From an uncultured Holophagales bacterium (GTDB taxonomy: Bacteria; Acidobacteriota; Thermoanaerobaculia; Multivoradales; UBA5704): a stretch of 64,000 nucleotides of DNA. A program made the translations under genes and the position numbers. The notes beneath the pieces are model-generated. The model saw only the letters and a list, made by a program, of their open reading frames with translations. It was not told the origin of the DNA and searched no databases. Of the stretch, positions 28,802 through 38,596 are shown piece after piece. The DNA lies in NCBI GenBank assembly GCA_963842525.1, contig CAWJGT010000003.1:896001-960000 (forward strand). Direction: 5' to 3'. The number at the start of each line of letters is the position of its first letter. Position 1 is the stretch's first letter.

Positions 28802-31711
28802 ATGCCCGAGCCAGGCAAGCCCGACTTCTTCGTCAGCTACAACAAGGCCGACCGCGCCTGGGCGGAGTGGATCGCCTGGGACTTGGAGGAGACCGGCTAT
28901 TCGGCGGTCCTCCAGGCCTGGGATATCCAGCCGGGGCAGAACTTCGTCCTCCAGATGCAGCGCGCGACGACGGAGGCGGAGCGCACCCTGGCGGTCCTGT
29001 CGCCCGACTACCTGACCTCACTGTTCACCCAGCCCGAATGGGCCGCCGCCTTCGCTATAGACCCGACAGGTCAGGACGGCAAGCTGGTGCCGGTCCGGGT
29101 CCGGGAGTGCGCCCCTCGGGGCCTGCTGTCGCAGATTGTCTACATCGATCTGGTCGGCCTCGCCGAGGAGACAGCCAGGGAGACCCTCCGGGCCGGAGTG
29201 CAGAAGGGGAGGGCCAAGCCGCCGGTGCGTCCGTCGTTCCCGGAACGGGCTCGGGAAGCCCAAGCGCGCCCCAGCTTCCCCGACGAACCGTCGCCGGACA
29301 AGCCGCCCCTTTCTTATTTCTATAGGTCCATGGCCCCGCCCCGGGAGACCTTCGTCCACCGCAGTGAATACGACCGGGTCGTCGAGGCGCTCCTCGCTGG
29401 CCCCAAGGGCGAGCGGGCCGGAACGGTCGGCATCACTACGGCCCTGCGCGGCGCGGGCGGCTTCGGCAAGACGGCCCTGGCCATGGAGGTCTGCTGGGAC
29501 GAGCGGATCCAGCTCGCCTATCCCAACGGCATTCTATGGGCGACGATGGGCGAGACCATCGAAGCCTCCGGGCGGCTCATCCAGATCCGGGAGATTCTCC
29601 GCTGGTGGACCGGCAAGGAGCCACCCTCCTTTGAGACTGCGACCGCCGCCGGCGCCCGTCTCCGCGAGGTGCTGGCCGGCAAGCGGGTACTTCTGGTCGT
29701 CGACGACGTCTGGAAGCCCCAGGACGTCGAGCCCTTCCGCGGACTCGGCCCCGGCTCCGCCCTGCTCGTGACCATTCGCGACAGCCGCACCCTGCCGCCG
29801 GAGCGGACCGCCATTATTGAAGTGGACGCCATGGCCTCCCCCGAGGCCGTGGCCCTCCTCGGCGCGCGCCTGCCAGAGGACGACACGGCCCGGCTCGGTG
29901 CCTTGGCGGCCCGCCTCGGCAAGTGGCCCCTGCTCCTCAAGCTCGTCAACCGGCAGCTCCGGGAGTTGGTGGAGGAGGATGAGCTGCCGCTGCAACAGGC
30001 TCTCCGAGAGGTCGAAGAGGCCCTGGAGGCGGAGGGGGTGACGACATTCGATCAGGAAGATGCCGAGAGCTGCCGGTTGGCTGTGGCGCGGACCTTGGAG
30101 GTCAGCCTGAAGCGCTTGGCCGAGGCGGACCGCGAGCGTTACGGTACGCTCGCCATCTTCCCGAAGGACGAGAACATCCCGCAACCGATCCTCCAGCGGC
30201 TCTGGGGCTTGCCGCCGCGCGAGGTCCACAAGCTCTGCGGCCGGCTCCACCACCTCTCGCTCCTCCTGCGCTTCGATCATACGGCCAACACGGTCCGCCT
30301 CCACGACGTGTTCCGAGCCTGCCTGCTTAAGAGGCACGAGACCGAGATCCCGGCCTTCCATTGCCGCCTGCTCGACGGCAGCCGCCCCGCCTCAGGCCGG
30401 TGGGCGGACCTGCCGAAGACCGAGAGCTATCTGTGGTGGTCCCTGGCCTACCACCTGATCGGGAGCGGACAATCCGGAGTCTGCCGGGACCTCCTGCTGG
30501 ACTTTGATTTCCTCCAGGCGAAGCTCGCGGCGAGCACAATGGTCAAGTTGCTCGGCGACTACTCCTGGTTTCTGGAGCAAAGGGACGAAGAGCTACGGCT
30601 GGTTGAAGGCGCCTTGCGGCTCTCGGCCCAAGTGCTCGCGAAGGATCGGGATCAGCTCGCGCCTCAGCTCCTCGGCCGGCTGCTGGACCGGGAAGAGCCT
30701 GGGATCCAACGCTTGCTCCAGAGGGCTCGGGAAAGACATCCTGGAGCCTGGCTCCGGCCGACACGGGCGACCTTCGTACGTCCAGGGGGCGCCCCCTTGA
30801 TCCGTACCCTGGAAGAGCGCGCCAATGGAGTCACAGCGGTAGCCGTGGTAGACGGCCGCCGCGCGGTGTCCGGCTCAAATGACGGGACGCTGCGGGTCTG
30901 GGACCTGGAAAGTGGCGAGACCTTGCGCACCTTGGAAGGGCACGCCGCTGGGGTCACAGTGGTAGCCGTGGTAGACGGCCGCCGCGCGGTGTCCGGCTCA
31001 AATGACGGGACGTTGCGGGTCTGGGACCTGAAAAGCGGCGAGACCCTGCGCACCCTGCAAGGGCACGCCAATGAGGTCACAGCGGTAGCCGTGGTAGACA
31101 GCCGTCGCGCGGTGTCCGGCTCAAACGATGGGACGCTGCGGGTCTGGGACCTAGAAAGCGGCGAGACTCTGCGCACCCTGCAAGGGCACACCCATTGGGT
31201 TACGGCGGTGGTGATGGTAGACGGTCGACACGCGGTGTCCGGCTCGATCGATAGGACGCTTCGGTTGTGGAATCTCGACAGCGGTGAGACCCTCCGCATC
31301 CTGGAAGGGCACAGCGCTGGGGTCAAGGCGTTGGCCGTGGTGGACGGCCGTCGAGCGGTGTCCGCCTCGAACGACCGAACGCTGCGGTTGTGGGACCTCG
31401 CCAGCGGCGAGACCCTGCTTACCCTGGAAGGGCACACCTATTGGGTCACAGCAGTGGTGGTGGACGGCCGTCGCGCGGTGTCCGGCTCGGCCGACGGAAC
31501 GCTGCGGTTGTGGGACTTGGACAGCGGCAACGGGACGCTGCGGTTGTGGGGAAAAACCAAAAAAAATCTCGCTGTGTTGATCCTGGATACGCCTCCAACC
31601 GCTCTTGCCTTCTCCCCAGCGAGCAGTACGCTGGTTGTGGGAGATCAGGCGGGCCGGGTACACTTCTTTGCCATCGAATCCGAGTCCGAGGAACCGCCAC
31701 GCCTTTCCTGA
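28802..31711 (+). CDS. NLR-like STAND protein: TIR + NB-ARC + helical + WD40 (Apaf-1-like architecture)
   Basis: TIR (DFFVSYN..DRAWAEWI...PEW), Walker A GAGGFGKT, Walker B LLVVDDVW, VRLHD (MHD-like), six GH..WD repeats plus a terminal blade. Confidence 0.9.
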   Translation: MPEPGKPDFFVSYNKADRAWAEWIAWDLEETGYSAVLQAWDIQPGQNFVLQMQRATTEAERTLAVLSPDYLTSLFTQPEWAAAFAIDPTGQDGKLVPVRVRECAPRGLLSQIVYIDLVGLAEETARETLRAGVQKGRAKPPVRPSFPERAREAQARPSFPDEPSPDKPPLSYFYRSMAPPRETFVHRSEYDRVVEALLAGPKGERAGTVGITTALRGAGGFGKTALAMEVCWDERIQLAYPNGILWATMGETIEASGRLIQIREILRWWTGKEPPSFETATAAGARLREVLAGKRVLLVVDDVWKPQDVEPFRGLGPGSALLVTIRDSRTLPPERTAIIEVDAMASPEAVALLGARLPEDDTARLGALAARLGKWPLLLKLVNRQLRELVEEDELPLQQALREVEEALEAEGVTTFDQEDAESCRLAVARTLEVSLKRLAEADRERYGTLAIFPKDENIPQPILQRLWGLPPREVHKLCGRLHHLSLLLRFDHTANTVRLHDVFRACLLKRHETEIPAFHCRLLDGSRPASGRWADLPKTESYLWWSLAYHLIGSGQSGVCRDLLLDFDFLQAKLAASTMVKLLGDYSWFLEQRDEELRLVEGALRLSAQVLAKDRDQLAPQLLGRLLDREEPGIQRLLQRARERHPGAWLRPTRATFVRPGGAPLIRTLEERANGVTAVAVVDGRRAVSGSNDGTLRVWDLESGETLRTLEGHAAGVTVVAVVDGRRAVSGSNDGTLRVWDLKSGETLRTLQGHANEVTAVAVVDSRRAVSGSNDGTLRVWDLESGETLRTLQGHTHWVTAVVMVDGRHAVSGSIDRTLRLWNLDSGETLRILEGHSAGVKALAVVDGRRAVSASNDRTLRLWDLASGETLLTLEGHTYWVTAVVVDGRRAVSGSADGTLRLWDLDSGNGTLRLWGKTKKNLAVLILDTPPTALAFSPASSTLVVGDQAGRVHFFAIESESEEPPRLS
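30797..31552 (+). repeat. Near-identical 123-bp WD40-coding tandem repeats
   Basis: GACCT..AAAG.GGCGAGAC recurs at 30902, 31025 and 31148 (123-bp period). Confidence 0.9.
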
Positions 31712-31761
31712 GACCCGGAGCGACTGCGCCCTGCTGAGAGGCTCCGCTTACACTACCCTGC

Positions 31762-32013
31762 ATGGCCAAGATTTTCCTGGACATCCCGGAAGACTCGTTT
31801 CTGGCCCTCAAGGTCTCAGCTGACGAGATGGGCGAGATGCTTAGAATGGCAGCGGCGGTCAAGCTCTATGAGTTGGAGAAGCTTTCGTCAGGAGCCGCCG
31901 CGCGACTTGCCGGCATCCCGAAGCCGCTCTTCCTGGTCCGTCTCGGTGACTACGGCGTCCCGACGTTCTGCCAGACCGAAGAGGAATTGCGGAGGGACCT
32001 TGAGAATGCTTGA
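31762..32013 (+). CDS. UPF0175-family protein (antitoxin-like), no intact PIN partner downstream
   Basis: LRMAAAVKLYELEKLSSGAAARLAGI...FL..LGDYGVPTF...EEL..D. Confidence 0.85.
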   Translation: MAKIFLDIPEDSFLALKVSADEMGEMLRMAAAVKLYELEKLSSGAAARLAGIPKPLFLVRLGDYGVPTFCQTEEELRRDLENA

Positions 32014-32022
32014 CCGGTTTCT

Positions 32023-32237
32023 GGAAAACCAGCCCCTTGGGGCGGCCGGGATTAGCCCGGGTCTTCAGACCCGGGAAGGGAAGCCACCCTCACCATCCAG
32101 CCCCGCCAGGGGCGGCAGGGGCTCGCCGGGCGGATTCCTGTCGCCCCTGGCGGGGCTCCGGGGGTTTTGGGGTGCGCCTGGTTCCCGGGATTGAAATCCC
32201 GGGCTAATTCCGGCCGCCCCTGGCGGGGCTGATTTTC
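32023..32237. repeat. Family C composite palindromic element (about 215 bp)
   Basis: Long imperfect terminal inverted repeats (GGAAAACCAGCCCC..GGGGCGGCCGG.ATTAGCCCGGG and complement) with internal GCCCCGCCAGGGGC and CCCGGG-x-CCCGGG hairpins. Confidence 0.75.
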
Positions 32238-32244
32238 CGTATTC

Positions 32245-32397
32245 TCAGCGACCGAGGCGTGCGAGCAGACGTTCGCGCAGGCCGTGCTGGGGGAATTGGG
32301 CCTCGATCTCCCGGCGGATCTCTGCGGCGGCGGCCCGGCGGCTCTCGAGATATTCCTCGACCTCCTGCCGGTGCCGGAGGTAGTAGGTGATCACCGC
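32245..32397 (-). pseudogene. 3' remnant of a DUF433-type antitoxin gene
   Basis: AVITYYLRHRQEVEEYLESRRAAAAEIRREIEAQFPQHGLRERLLARLGR* with no start codon or N-terminal part. Confidence 0.6.
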
Positions 32398-32454
32398 AGG
32401 GCTCTTCAGCCCGGATTGGCCCCGGGAGCGCTGCCCGGCAGATCAGTGAGCGCC

Positions 32455-32540
32455 GGACTCCGATCGACCGCCGTATTGCCGTCAACCCAACGTCGACCCG
32501 AACGCCGTGGGGGGCGGGCGGGACGCCCGCGTTCCCAGGG
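32455..32540. repeat. Partial copy of the family B REP doublet (core plus right REP)
   Basis: GACTC..ATCGACCGC.G.ATTGCCG.CA..CCAACGT.G.CCCGA.CG..GTGGGG.GGGCGGGCGGGACGCCCGCG.TCCCAGGG aligns with 13681-13764. Confidence 0.7.
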
Positions 32541-32546
32541 AAGGCC

Positions 32547-32731
32547 GGGCACCCGCTGCCCTTCCTTGAAGGCGAGCCCGTTAAGGTTGGGCAGTCACTG
32601 CCCTTCGTTACGGGGTGACCCGTTAAGGTTGGGCAACCGCTGCCCTTCACTAAGAGGGCACCCGTTAAGGTTGGGCAGTCGCTGCCCTTCGTTAAGAGGT
32701 GACCTGTTAAGGTTGGGCAGTCACTGCCCTT
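32547..32731. repeat. 42-bp tandem repeat, about 4.4 copies, each with a GGGCAG-NNN-CTGCCC-type hairpin
   Basis: Units start at 32547, 32589, 32631, 32673 and 32715. Confidence 0.9.
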
Positions 32732-32833
32732 GGTCAGGAATCGGACGGGATTTCGGGGCGCAGAGCTGGATTTCTGGCGGTGGCGCGGCGTTAGCCGGTT
32801 CGGATCGCGCCACGAGTTGATCGCCCGGCGTCG

Positions 32834-32954
32834 CTACCGAGCTCCGCCCTTCCGCTCCCAGGGAAAGAACGCCTCGACCGGAATCGAGATCTCCGGCCCA
32901 GACGCTCGTACTCCTCACGCGTCCAGCGGTAGAGATCGACATCCGCGATGCCAT
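32834..32954 (-). pseudogene. Internally deleted Uma2-family endonuclease remnant
   Basis: N-terminal LYRWTREEYERL joined out of frame to C-terminal PEISIPVEAFFP. RBS GGAGGT upstream. Confidence 0.55.
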
Positions 32955-33098
32955 GGTGCTGAATCACCTCCAAAGGCTACCACGATCCCGGAACCGGCGT
33001 CCGTGGCCATCCAACCACCGCTATGATGGTACCGCATCGGGAGAGGCGAAAAAGGATCTCGGGCGAACGGACTATATAGAATGCGAGAGGAGGCTCTG

Positions 33099-34187
33099 AT
33101 GCGACGGACAGCATGGATGGGGCTGATGTTCCTGTTTCTGGTCGTCTCCGCGTTCGCGCGGCAGGCGGAGGTCTCTCTGGCCTTGCGGGGGTTGGACCCG
33201 GTGGAGCTGGTTGCGGGACGGGAGGTTGCGGGCCGCGAGGAGCTCGCCGTCGTCCGCGGGCACTACCGGTATCTCTTCGCCAGCACGGAGAGCCGGGCCG
33301 CATTCAACGCGAGCCCCGAGCGGTACTCGATCCAGTTCGGCGGCGCGTGCCAGAGGATGGGTCCCCTGGGCGGCCTGGGGAGCCCGGACCGGTTCCATCT
33401 CCATGACGGGCGGATCTACATCTTCGCCTCGGATTCCTGCCGCAACAGCTTCAAGAAAGACCCGGTGCGGCATGTCGACCGCGACGATCCGCTGCCCGAG
33501 GGGACGGCCGAGGAAGTGCAGCGGGGCGAGGCGCTCGTCCAGCGCATGCTCGCGGGCCTCGGCGGCGCCGACAAGGTCGACTCCGTGGCGAGCTATCGCG
33601 CGACGGTCAAGAGGGTCGTCCAGGGCAAAGACGGGTCCGTGGAAGGGACCCTCGGGCTGACGGCGGCGTTCCCGGACCGCTTCCGGCGCGACGAGACGTG
33701 GGCACCCTGGACGGGTACGCACGTGGCAGCGCCCGGCGGTGGCTTCATCACCTCCGGCGAGGAGTGGTGGCCGAGCGACGAGTCGGTGCAGGCCTACCTG
33801 GTCCGCGAGCTCCACCGGATGCCCCTCGCCCTGCTGAAGGCGCGCCGCGAGCCCGGGTTCCGGGCCGTGGCTGCCGGGCGTGGCAGGGTGGGGGAGACCG
33901 AGGTGGAGGTCCTGCGCGCCGGCGTGCGGGGCGCGACCACGACCTTGTCGGTGGACCCGGCGACCGGCCGCGTCCTGGAGGTCACCTATCCGGGTCGCAC
34001 CGACGACGGCATCGGGCAGGTGACGAAGAGGTTCTCCGACTTCCGCACCGTGGACGGCGGCCTCGTCCTGCCCTTCCGTGAGGAGATTCTTTACAACGGC
34101 AAGCCGGCTTCGACACCTGTTGACCGGTACGACTCGATTGCGGTCAATTCCCGCATCGATCCGTCGCTCTTCCAGCCGCCCGGGTAG
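33099..34187 (+). CDS. Exported YHS-domain protein with C-terminal beta-rich domain
   Basis: Signal peptide, GLDPVELV...YLFAS.E.RAAF.ASPERY...FGGAC, and a second YHS-like YIFASDSCR motif. Confidence 0.7.
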   Translation: MRRTAWMGLMFLFLVVSAFARQAEVSLALRGLDPVELVAGREVAGREELAVVRGHYRYLFASTESRAAFNASPERYSIQFGGACQRMGPLGGLGSPDRFHLHDGRIYIFASDSCRNSFKKDPVRHVDRDDPLPEGTAEEVQRGEALVQRMLAGLGGADKVDSVASYRATVKRVVQGKDGSVEGTLGLTAAFPDRFRRDETWAPWTGTHVAAPGGGFITSGEEWWPSDESVQAYLVRELHRMPLALLKARREPGFRAVAAGRGRVGETEVEVLRAGVRGATTTLSVDPATGRVLEVTYPGRTDDGIGQVTKRFSDFRTVDGGLVLPFREEILYNGKPASTPVDRYDSIAVNSRIDPSLFQPPG

Positions 34188-34388
34188 GACGCGCTTGATG
34201 CGGGCGCACGTACCTCCCGAACGATACCCTGGCGCACGGGCCGACGACAGGGGCACCCTGCTCTATCGCCATCCATGGTACCCTAGCGCTCTCGGACGCA
34301 GACTCCTGTAGGATAGTGATGAAGTCTCACGTACGGGCAGGTCCGTATCGTCCGACGGCCGCGCCACAGCGGCGTAAAAGGAGGGTTA

Positions 34389-34628
34389 GTGCCGAACTCA
34401 GATGCATTCGCCCGTCGCCAGCGAGAGCGGGCGCGTAAACAGCAGTCCGAAGAGAAGCGAGTGAAACGGCAGGAGCGGCGGGATCAGAAGAAGCAGACCG
34501 GGGGTGGCTTGCCGGTCGACCCGATGAACGATCCCACGATCGACTGGGCCAACGCGGTGCGCCAGATCCCGATTCCCGACGTTCCCGACGAAGACGCCGG
34601 GGAGGCCGGGGAGAAGACCGAGGGCTGA
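34389..34628 (+). CDS. Small basic/acidic hypothetical protein (79 aa)
   Basis: Strong RBS AAAGGAGGG before GTG, charged helical N-terminus. Confidence 0.6.
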   Translation: MPNSDAFARRQRERARKQQSEEKRVKRQERRDQKKQTGGGLPVDPMNDPTIDWANAVRQIPIPDVPDEDAGEAGEKTEG

Positions 34629-34838
34629 CGCGAGGCGACTCCCGGGCCGAGGTGTAGAGCCCCATCCGTCGCTCCCCAACCTCGCGGGTCCAACCCCCGG
34701 CGGGGCATCTCCAGTGGTGAAGGAACGTCTACGGCCCGTCGATCTTTTCGTAGTTCTCCTCTCTAGCGGATAGCCTGCGCGGTTTGTCCCGACCCGGTCC
34801 GGGCGATTCCGCGCACCTGGATGTATAGAGGAGGCTCT

Positions 34839-35441
34839 ATGCGCCCAATCGCGGATCTCCAGACCGGAGAGGTCACCGCGCTCCTCGCGGCTTGGCGGGA
34901 CGGCGATCCCCAGGCTCCCGGACGGCTGATGCCTCTCGTCTATGACGAGCTGCGCCGGCTGGCCGCGCGGTCCATGCAGCGCGAGCGGCCCGACCATACG
35001 CTCCAACCCACGGCCCTGGTCCACGAGGCCTATCTGCGCCTCACGGGCGCGTCCGCCCCGCGCTGGCAGGACCGGGTCCACTTCTTCGCCGTCGCGTCGC
35101 AGGTCATGCGGCGCCTGCTGGTCGACCATGCACGGGCCCGCTGTACGGGCAAGCGGGGGAGCGGCGTGCGCGCCCTGCCTCTGGAGACGGTGCTGGAGGT
35201 CGGCGGTCCCTATGGCGGCGGCCCCGAAGGGCTCCTGGCCCTCGACGAGGCGCTGCGGGAGCTCGCGGCGCACGACCCCCGCAAGGCGCGGATCGTCGAG
35301 CTGCGCTTCTTCGGCGGCCTGACGCTCGACGAGACGTCCGAGGCTCTCGGTCTCTCCACGTCGACGGTCACCCTCGAAGCACGGCTCGCCCGCGCGTGGC
35401 TCTATCGCCGCATGCGGGAGGAGATGCCACGCGATTCGTGA
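34839..35441 (+). CDS. ECF sigma factor (TIGR02999-type)
   Basis: EVTALLAAW, LMPLVYDELRRLA, HTLQPTALVHEAYLRL, ELRFFGGL, ARAWL. Confidence 0.9.
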   Translation: MRPIADLQTGEVTALLAAWRDGDPQAPGRLMPLVYDELRRLAARSMQRERPDHTLQPTALVHEAYLRLTGASAPRWQDRVHFFAVASQVMRRLLVDHARARCTGKRGSGVRALPLETVLEVGGPYGGGPEGLLALDEALRELAAHDPRKARIVELRFFGGLTLDETSEALGLSTSTVTLEARLARAWLYRRMREEMPRDS

Positions 35442-35487
35442 GCGGAGGTCTCAGGTTCCAGGCGGGCCTGGTGCTACCATTTCCCCC

Positions 35488-37044
35488 GTGCTGCCGTACC
35501 CGCCTCGAACCGTCCGTATCCCCCAGCCCTTCCGCACTGCGACAAGCCTCCTCTTCCTTCTCGCTCTGAGTCTTGCTTCAGGTCTGGCCTCGGCAGCGGC
35601 CGAGCCTCTTCCCAAGCTGGCGGTGGAGGCGTTCGAGCTGGAGAACGGGATGCGGTTCCTGCTGGTACGCCGGCCGGGGGCTCCGATGGTGGCCACGGGG
35701 TGGGGAGTGCGGGTGGGATCGGGCGACGAGCGGCCCGGGGTGACCGGGATCAGCCACCTGCTCGAGCACCTCATGTTCCAGGGAACCACCCGGATCGGGA
35801 CCCGCAACGCCGGCCGTGAGGGCGACCTGATGGCCCGCCAGGACGAGGTCTGGGACCGCCTGCTTGCCCTCAAGGGACAGCCGCCGTCCACCAACCGGGA
35901 TTCCGAGATGGCCGGGCTTCGGAGCCAGCTCGACAAGCTGCTCGCCGACCAGCGGCCGCTGATCCTGCGGGGAGACCTCTACCGCATCTATCACGAGGCC
36001 GGAGCAGTCGGCATCAACGCGCTCACGGACCGGGATTTCACCGCCTTTTACGGCCAGATCCCGGCCAACAAGCTGGAGCTGTGGTTCTGGATGGAGTCGG
36101 ACCGGCTGCTCGCGCCCGTGTTCCGTGACCTCTACAACGAAGGGCAGGTCGTGGAGGAGGAGCGCCGGCAGCGCCTGGAGTCCACGCCCCTGGGGCCGGC
36201 CCTGGAGCGGCTCGACGCGGCCATCTGGGAAGGGCATCCCTACGCCTGGCCGACCCTGGGGCGGACCGCGGACCTCGCCGCGATGACGCGCGCCAAGGCC
36301 GAGGCGCATTTCGCAGCCTACTACCGGCCCGAGCGCATCACCGCCGCCCTGGTGGGAGACTTCGATCCCGAGCAGGTGAAGGCCCTGGCGCGTGCCTACT
36401 TCGGACGGTTGCCCCGCCGCGGCGAGCGGAGCCGGGAGGCCGCGCCGGCCACCGTCCCGGCCACCGTGCCGGCCCGGGCCGCGGAGCAGAGGATCGCCGA
36501 GTCCTGCGAATGCGCACCCCAGGCCCGGGTGCTCTATCGCACGCCCGCCTTCGGTCACCCGGACACCTATGCCCTGGACGTCCTCGCGGGGCTCCTCTCC
36601 GGCCGGCCGGGCCGGCTCCACCGCGGGCTCGTGCTGGGCCGGGGGACCGCCTTCGCAGCCTTCGCGCTGCACAACGCCTGGCGGCATGGGGGGCTCTTCA
36701 CGGTGCAGCTTGAGGCCAAGGGGAGCACGGCGCCGGACGATCTGGTCGCCGCCTGGGACGAGGAGCTGCGCAAGCTGCGAGCCGGTCCGATCGCCGAGCG
36801 CGAGCTGAAGAAGGTCAAGAACCAGATCCTCACCGACTCCTGGCGCCGGCTCGCCGATCCGCTCGCCCTGGCGCTCAGCCTCGCCACTCTCGACGCCCAG
36901 GGGGACTGGAGCCAGATCAATCGCTGGCCCGAGGCCACCCAGGCCGTGACGGCCGAGGACGTGCGGCGGGTGATCGATGCGTATCTCCGGCCGCAGGGGC
37001 GGACGGTGGCGGTGTTCGCGAGGGCTTCCGGGGGGCGGCCATGA
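35488..37044 (+). CDS. M16 (pitrilysin) peptidase, catalytic subunit
   Basis: GISHLLEHLMFQG (HxxEH), signal peptide. Confidence 0.9.
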   Translation: MLPYPPRTVRIPQPFRTATSLLFLLALSLASGLASAAAEPLPKLAVEAFELENGMRFLLVRRPGAPMVATGWGVRVGSGDERPGVTGISHLLEHLMFQGTTRIGTRNAGREGDLMARQDEVWDRLLALKGQPPSTNRDSEMAGLRSQLDKLLADQRPLILRGDLYRIYHEAGAVGINALTDRDFTAFYGQIPANKLELWFWMESDRLLAPVFRDLYNEGQVVEEERRQRLESTPLGPALERLDAAIWEGHPYAWPTLGRTADLAAMTRAKAEAHFAAYYRPERITAALVGDFDPEQVKALARAYFGRLPRRGERSREAAPATVPATVPARAAEQRIAESCECAPQARVLYRTPAFGHPDTYALDVLAGLLSGRPGRLHRGLVLGRGTAFAAFALHNAWRHGGLFTVQLEAKGSTAPDDLVAAWDEELRKLRAGPIAERELKKVKNQILTDSWRRLADPLALALSLATLDAQGDWSQINRWPEATQAVTAEDVRRVIDAYLRPQGRTVAVFARASGGRP

Positions 37045-38534
37045 AGGCGCTCCTCCCTCTCCTTGCCTTCCTGGCCGCCACGGCGCCGCAGCCGATCGCG
37101 ATCCCCTACCGCCCCGAGGCTCTGCGTTTCGAGACACTGCGGTTCGAGGTCCCCCGCGCCGAGGCGCACCGGCATCAGCTCTCGAACGGCGTGCCGGTCT
37201 ACGTGGTCGAGGACCACGGCCTGCCGCTCGTGGATGTCGCCCTGGCGGTTCGGGCTGGCGACTGGCTCGATCCCTCGGGCCACGTGGGGCGGGCGTCCTT
37301 CGCCGGGGCCCTGCTGCGGCGGGGCGGCGCGGCTTCGCGGACGTCCGACGAATTCGACGAGCAGGCCGATTTCCTCGGGGCGGAGATCAACAGCGTCGGC
37401 GGCTCGACGCGGAGCGGGGCCACGCTCAACGTGTCCAGCCAGGGCTTCGGGGAGGCGCTCGACCTCTTCTGCGAAATGGTCAAGGCGCCACGCTACGAAG
37501 CGGCACGGGTCGAGACCGCGCGGAGCAATCTCCGCGAGAGCCTGGGACGGCGGGCCGACGATCCCCTGGAGGTGCTCGACCGCGAGTGGCGGCGACTGCT
37601 CTACGGGCCGGACCACTACACGGTCCGCGAGGTCCTGCCGCGGCACGTCGACGCGCTGACGTCCCAGGATCTGGGCGCCTTCCAGCGCGCGGCCTGGCGG
37701 CCGGAGTCGATGGTCGTGGCCGTGTCCGGCGACGTGGCGACCGCGGACGTCCTGGCCCGGCTGGAAAAGTGTTTCGCCGGGTGGCCTGCGGCGTCCGGCC
37801 CCGCTCTGTCCTGGCCGCCCCCGGCCTCGACGCAGGTGCCACGGCCCGGCCTCTATGTCGTCGAGCGCGACATCCCGCAGGCCAAGATGGCGCTTGGACA
37901 CTTCGGGGCGAAGCGGCGGGGCTGGAACGATCCCGACGAATTCCCCCTGCTGCTCTTGAACGAGATCCTCGGCGGCCACGGGAACCGGCTGCTGCGAAAG
38001 CTGCGCGGGGAGATGGGCATCGCCTACGGGGGCCAATCGGCGTTCGAGCTCGGGCTCCATGAGCCGGGGAATTTCCAGATCTTTCTGGAGACCGCGAATG
38101 CCTCGGCGGCGCAGGCCCTCCAGGTCGCCCTGGCCGAGGTGCGGCGCCTGCGCGAGCAGCCCGTTCCCCAGGGCGAGCTCGCCTTTGTCAAGAAGACCCT
38201 GGTCGACAACTTCCCGCTCCTCTTCGACACCGCCTCCAAGGTCGCCGGCCGCTTCGCCGAGGACGAATACCTCGGCCGTCCCCATGACTACTGGCAGGCC
38301 TACCGCGACCGGGTGCAGCGGGTGACCGCGGAGCAGGTCCAGCAGGCGGCCCAGCGCTATCTCCAGCCCGACCGAATGGTGATCGTGGTCGCGGGGCGGT
38401 GGGCCGAGATCCAGCAGGGCGCGGCGGCGGCGGGGGTGAAGCTCGATGCGCTCGCCAAAGGGCCGGTCAACCGGTTGCCGCCGCGCGATCCGGTCACGCT
38501 GGAGCCGGCCTCCGGGGCACGAGACGTGCATTAG
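37041..38534 (+). CDS. M16 peptidase, non-catalytic partner subunit
   Basis: LSNGVPVYVVEDH.LP, LLNEILGG, no HxxEH. ATGA-coupled to the previous gene. Confidence 0.85.
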   Translation: MKALLPLLAFLAATAPQPIAIPYRPEALRFETLRFEVPRAEAHRHQLSNGVPVYVVEDHGLPLVDVALAVRAGDWLDPSGHVGRASFAGALLRRGGAASRTSDEFDEQADFLGAEINSVGGSTRSGATLNVSSQGFGEALDLFCEMVKAPRYEAARVETARSNLRESLGRRADDPLEVLDREWRRLLYGPDHYTVREVLPRHVDALTSQDLGAFQRAAWRPESMVVAVSGDVATADVLARLEKCFAGWPAASGPALSWPPPASTQVPRPGLYVVERDIPQAKMALGHFGAKRRGWNDPDEFPLLLLNEILGGHGNRLLRKLRGEMGIAYGGQSAFELGLHEPGNFQIFLETANASAAQALQVALAEVRRLREQPVPQGELAFVKKTLVDNFPLLFDTASKVAGRFAEDEYLGRPHDYWQAYRDRVQRVTAEQVQQAAQRYLQPDRMVIVVAGRWAEIQQGAAAAGVKLDALAKGPVNRLPPRDPVTLEPASGARDVH

Positions 38535-38596
38535 GTTCAAGCACCGCAAGACCCGGGCCGTATGCCGGGCGCAGAGATCGCCTCGGAGGGGTCCCG

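Noticed and set aside
32547-32731. CRISPR array
   Set aside because: Spacer-like segments are only 12 bp and similar to each other, and there are no cas genes in the window.
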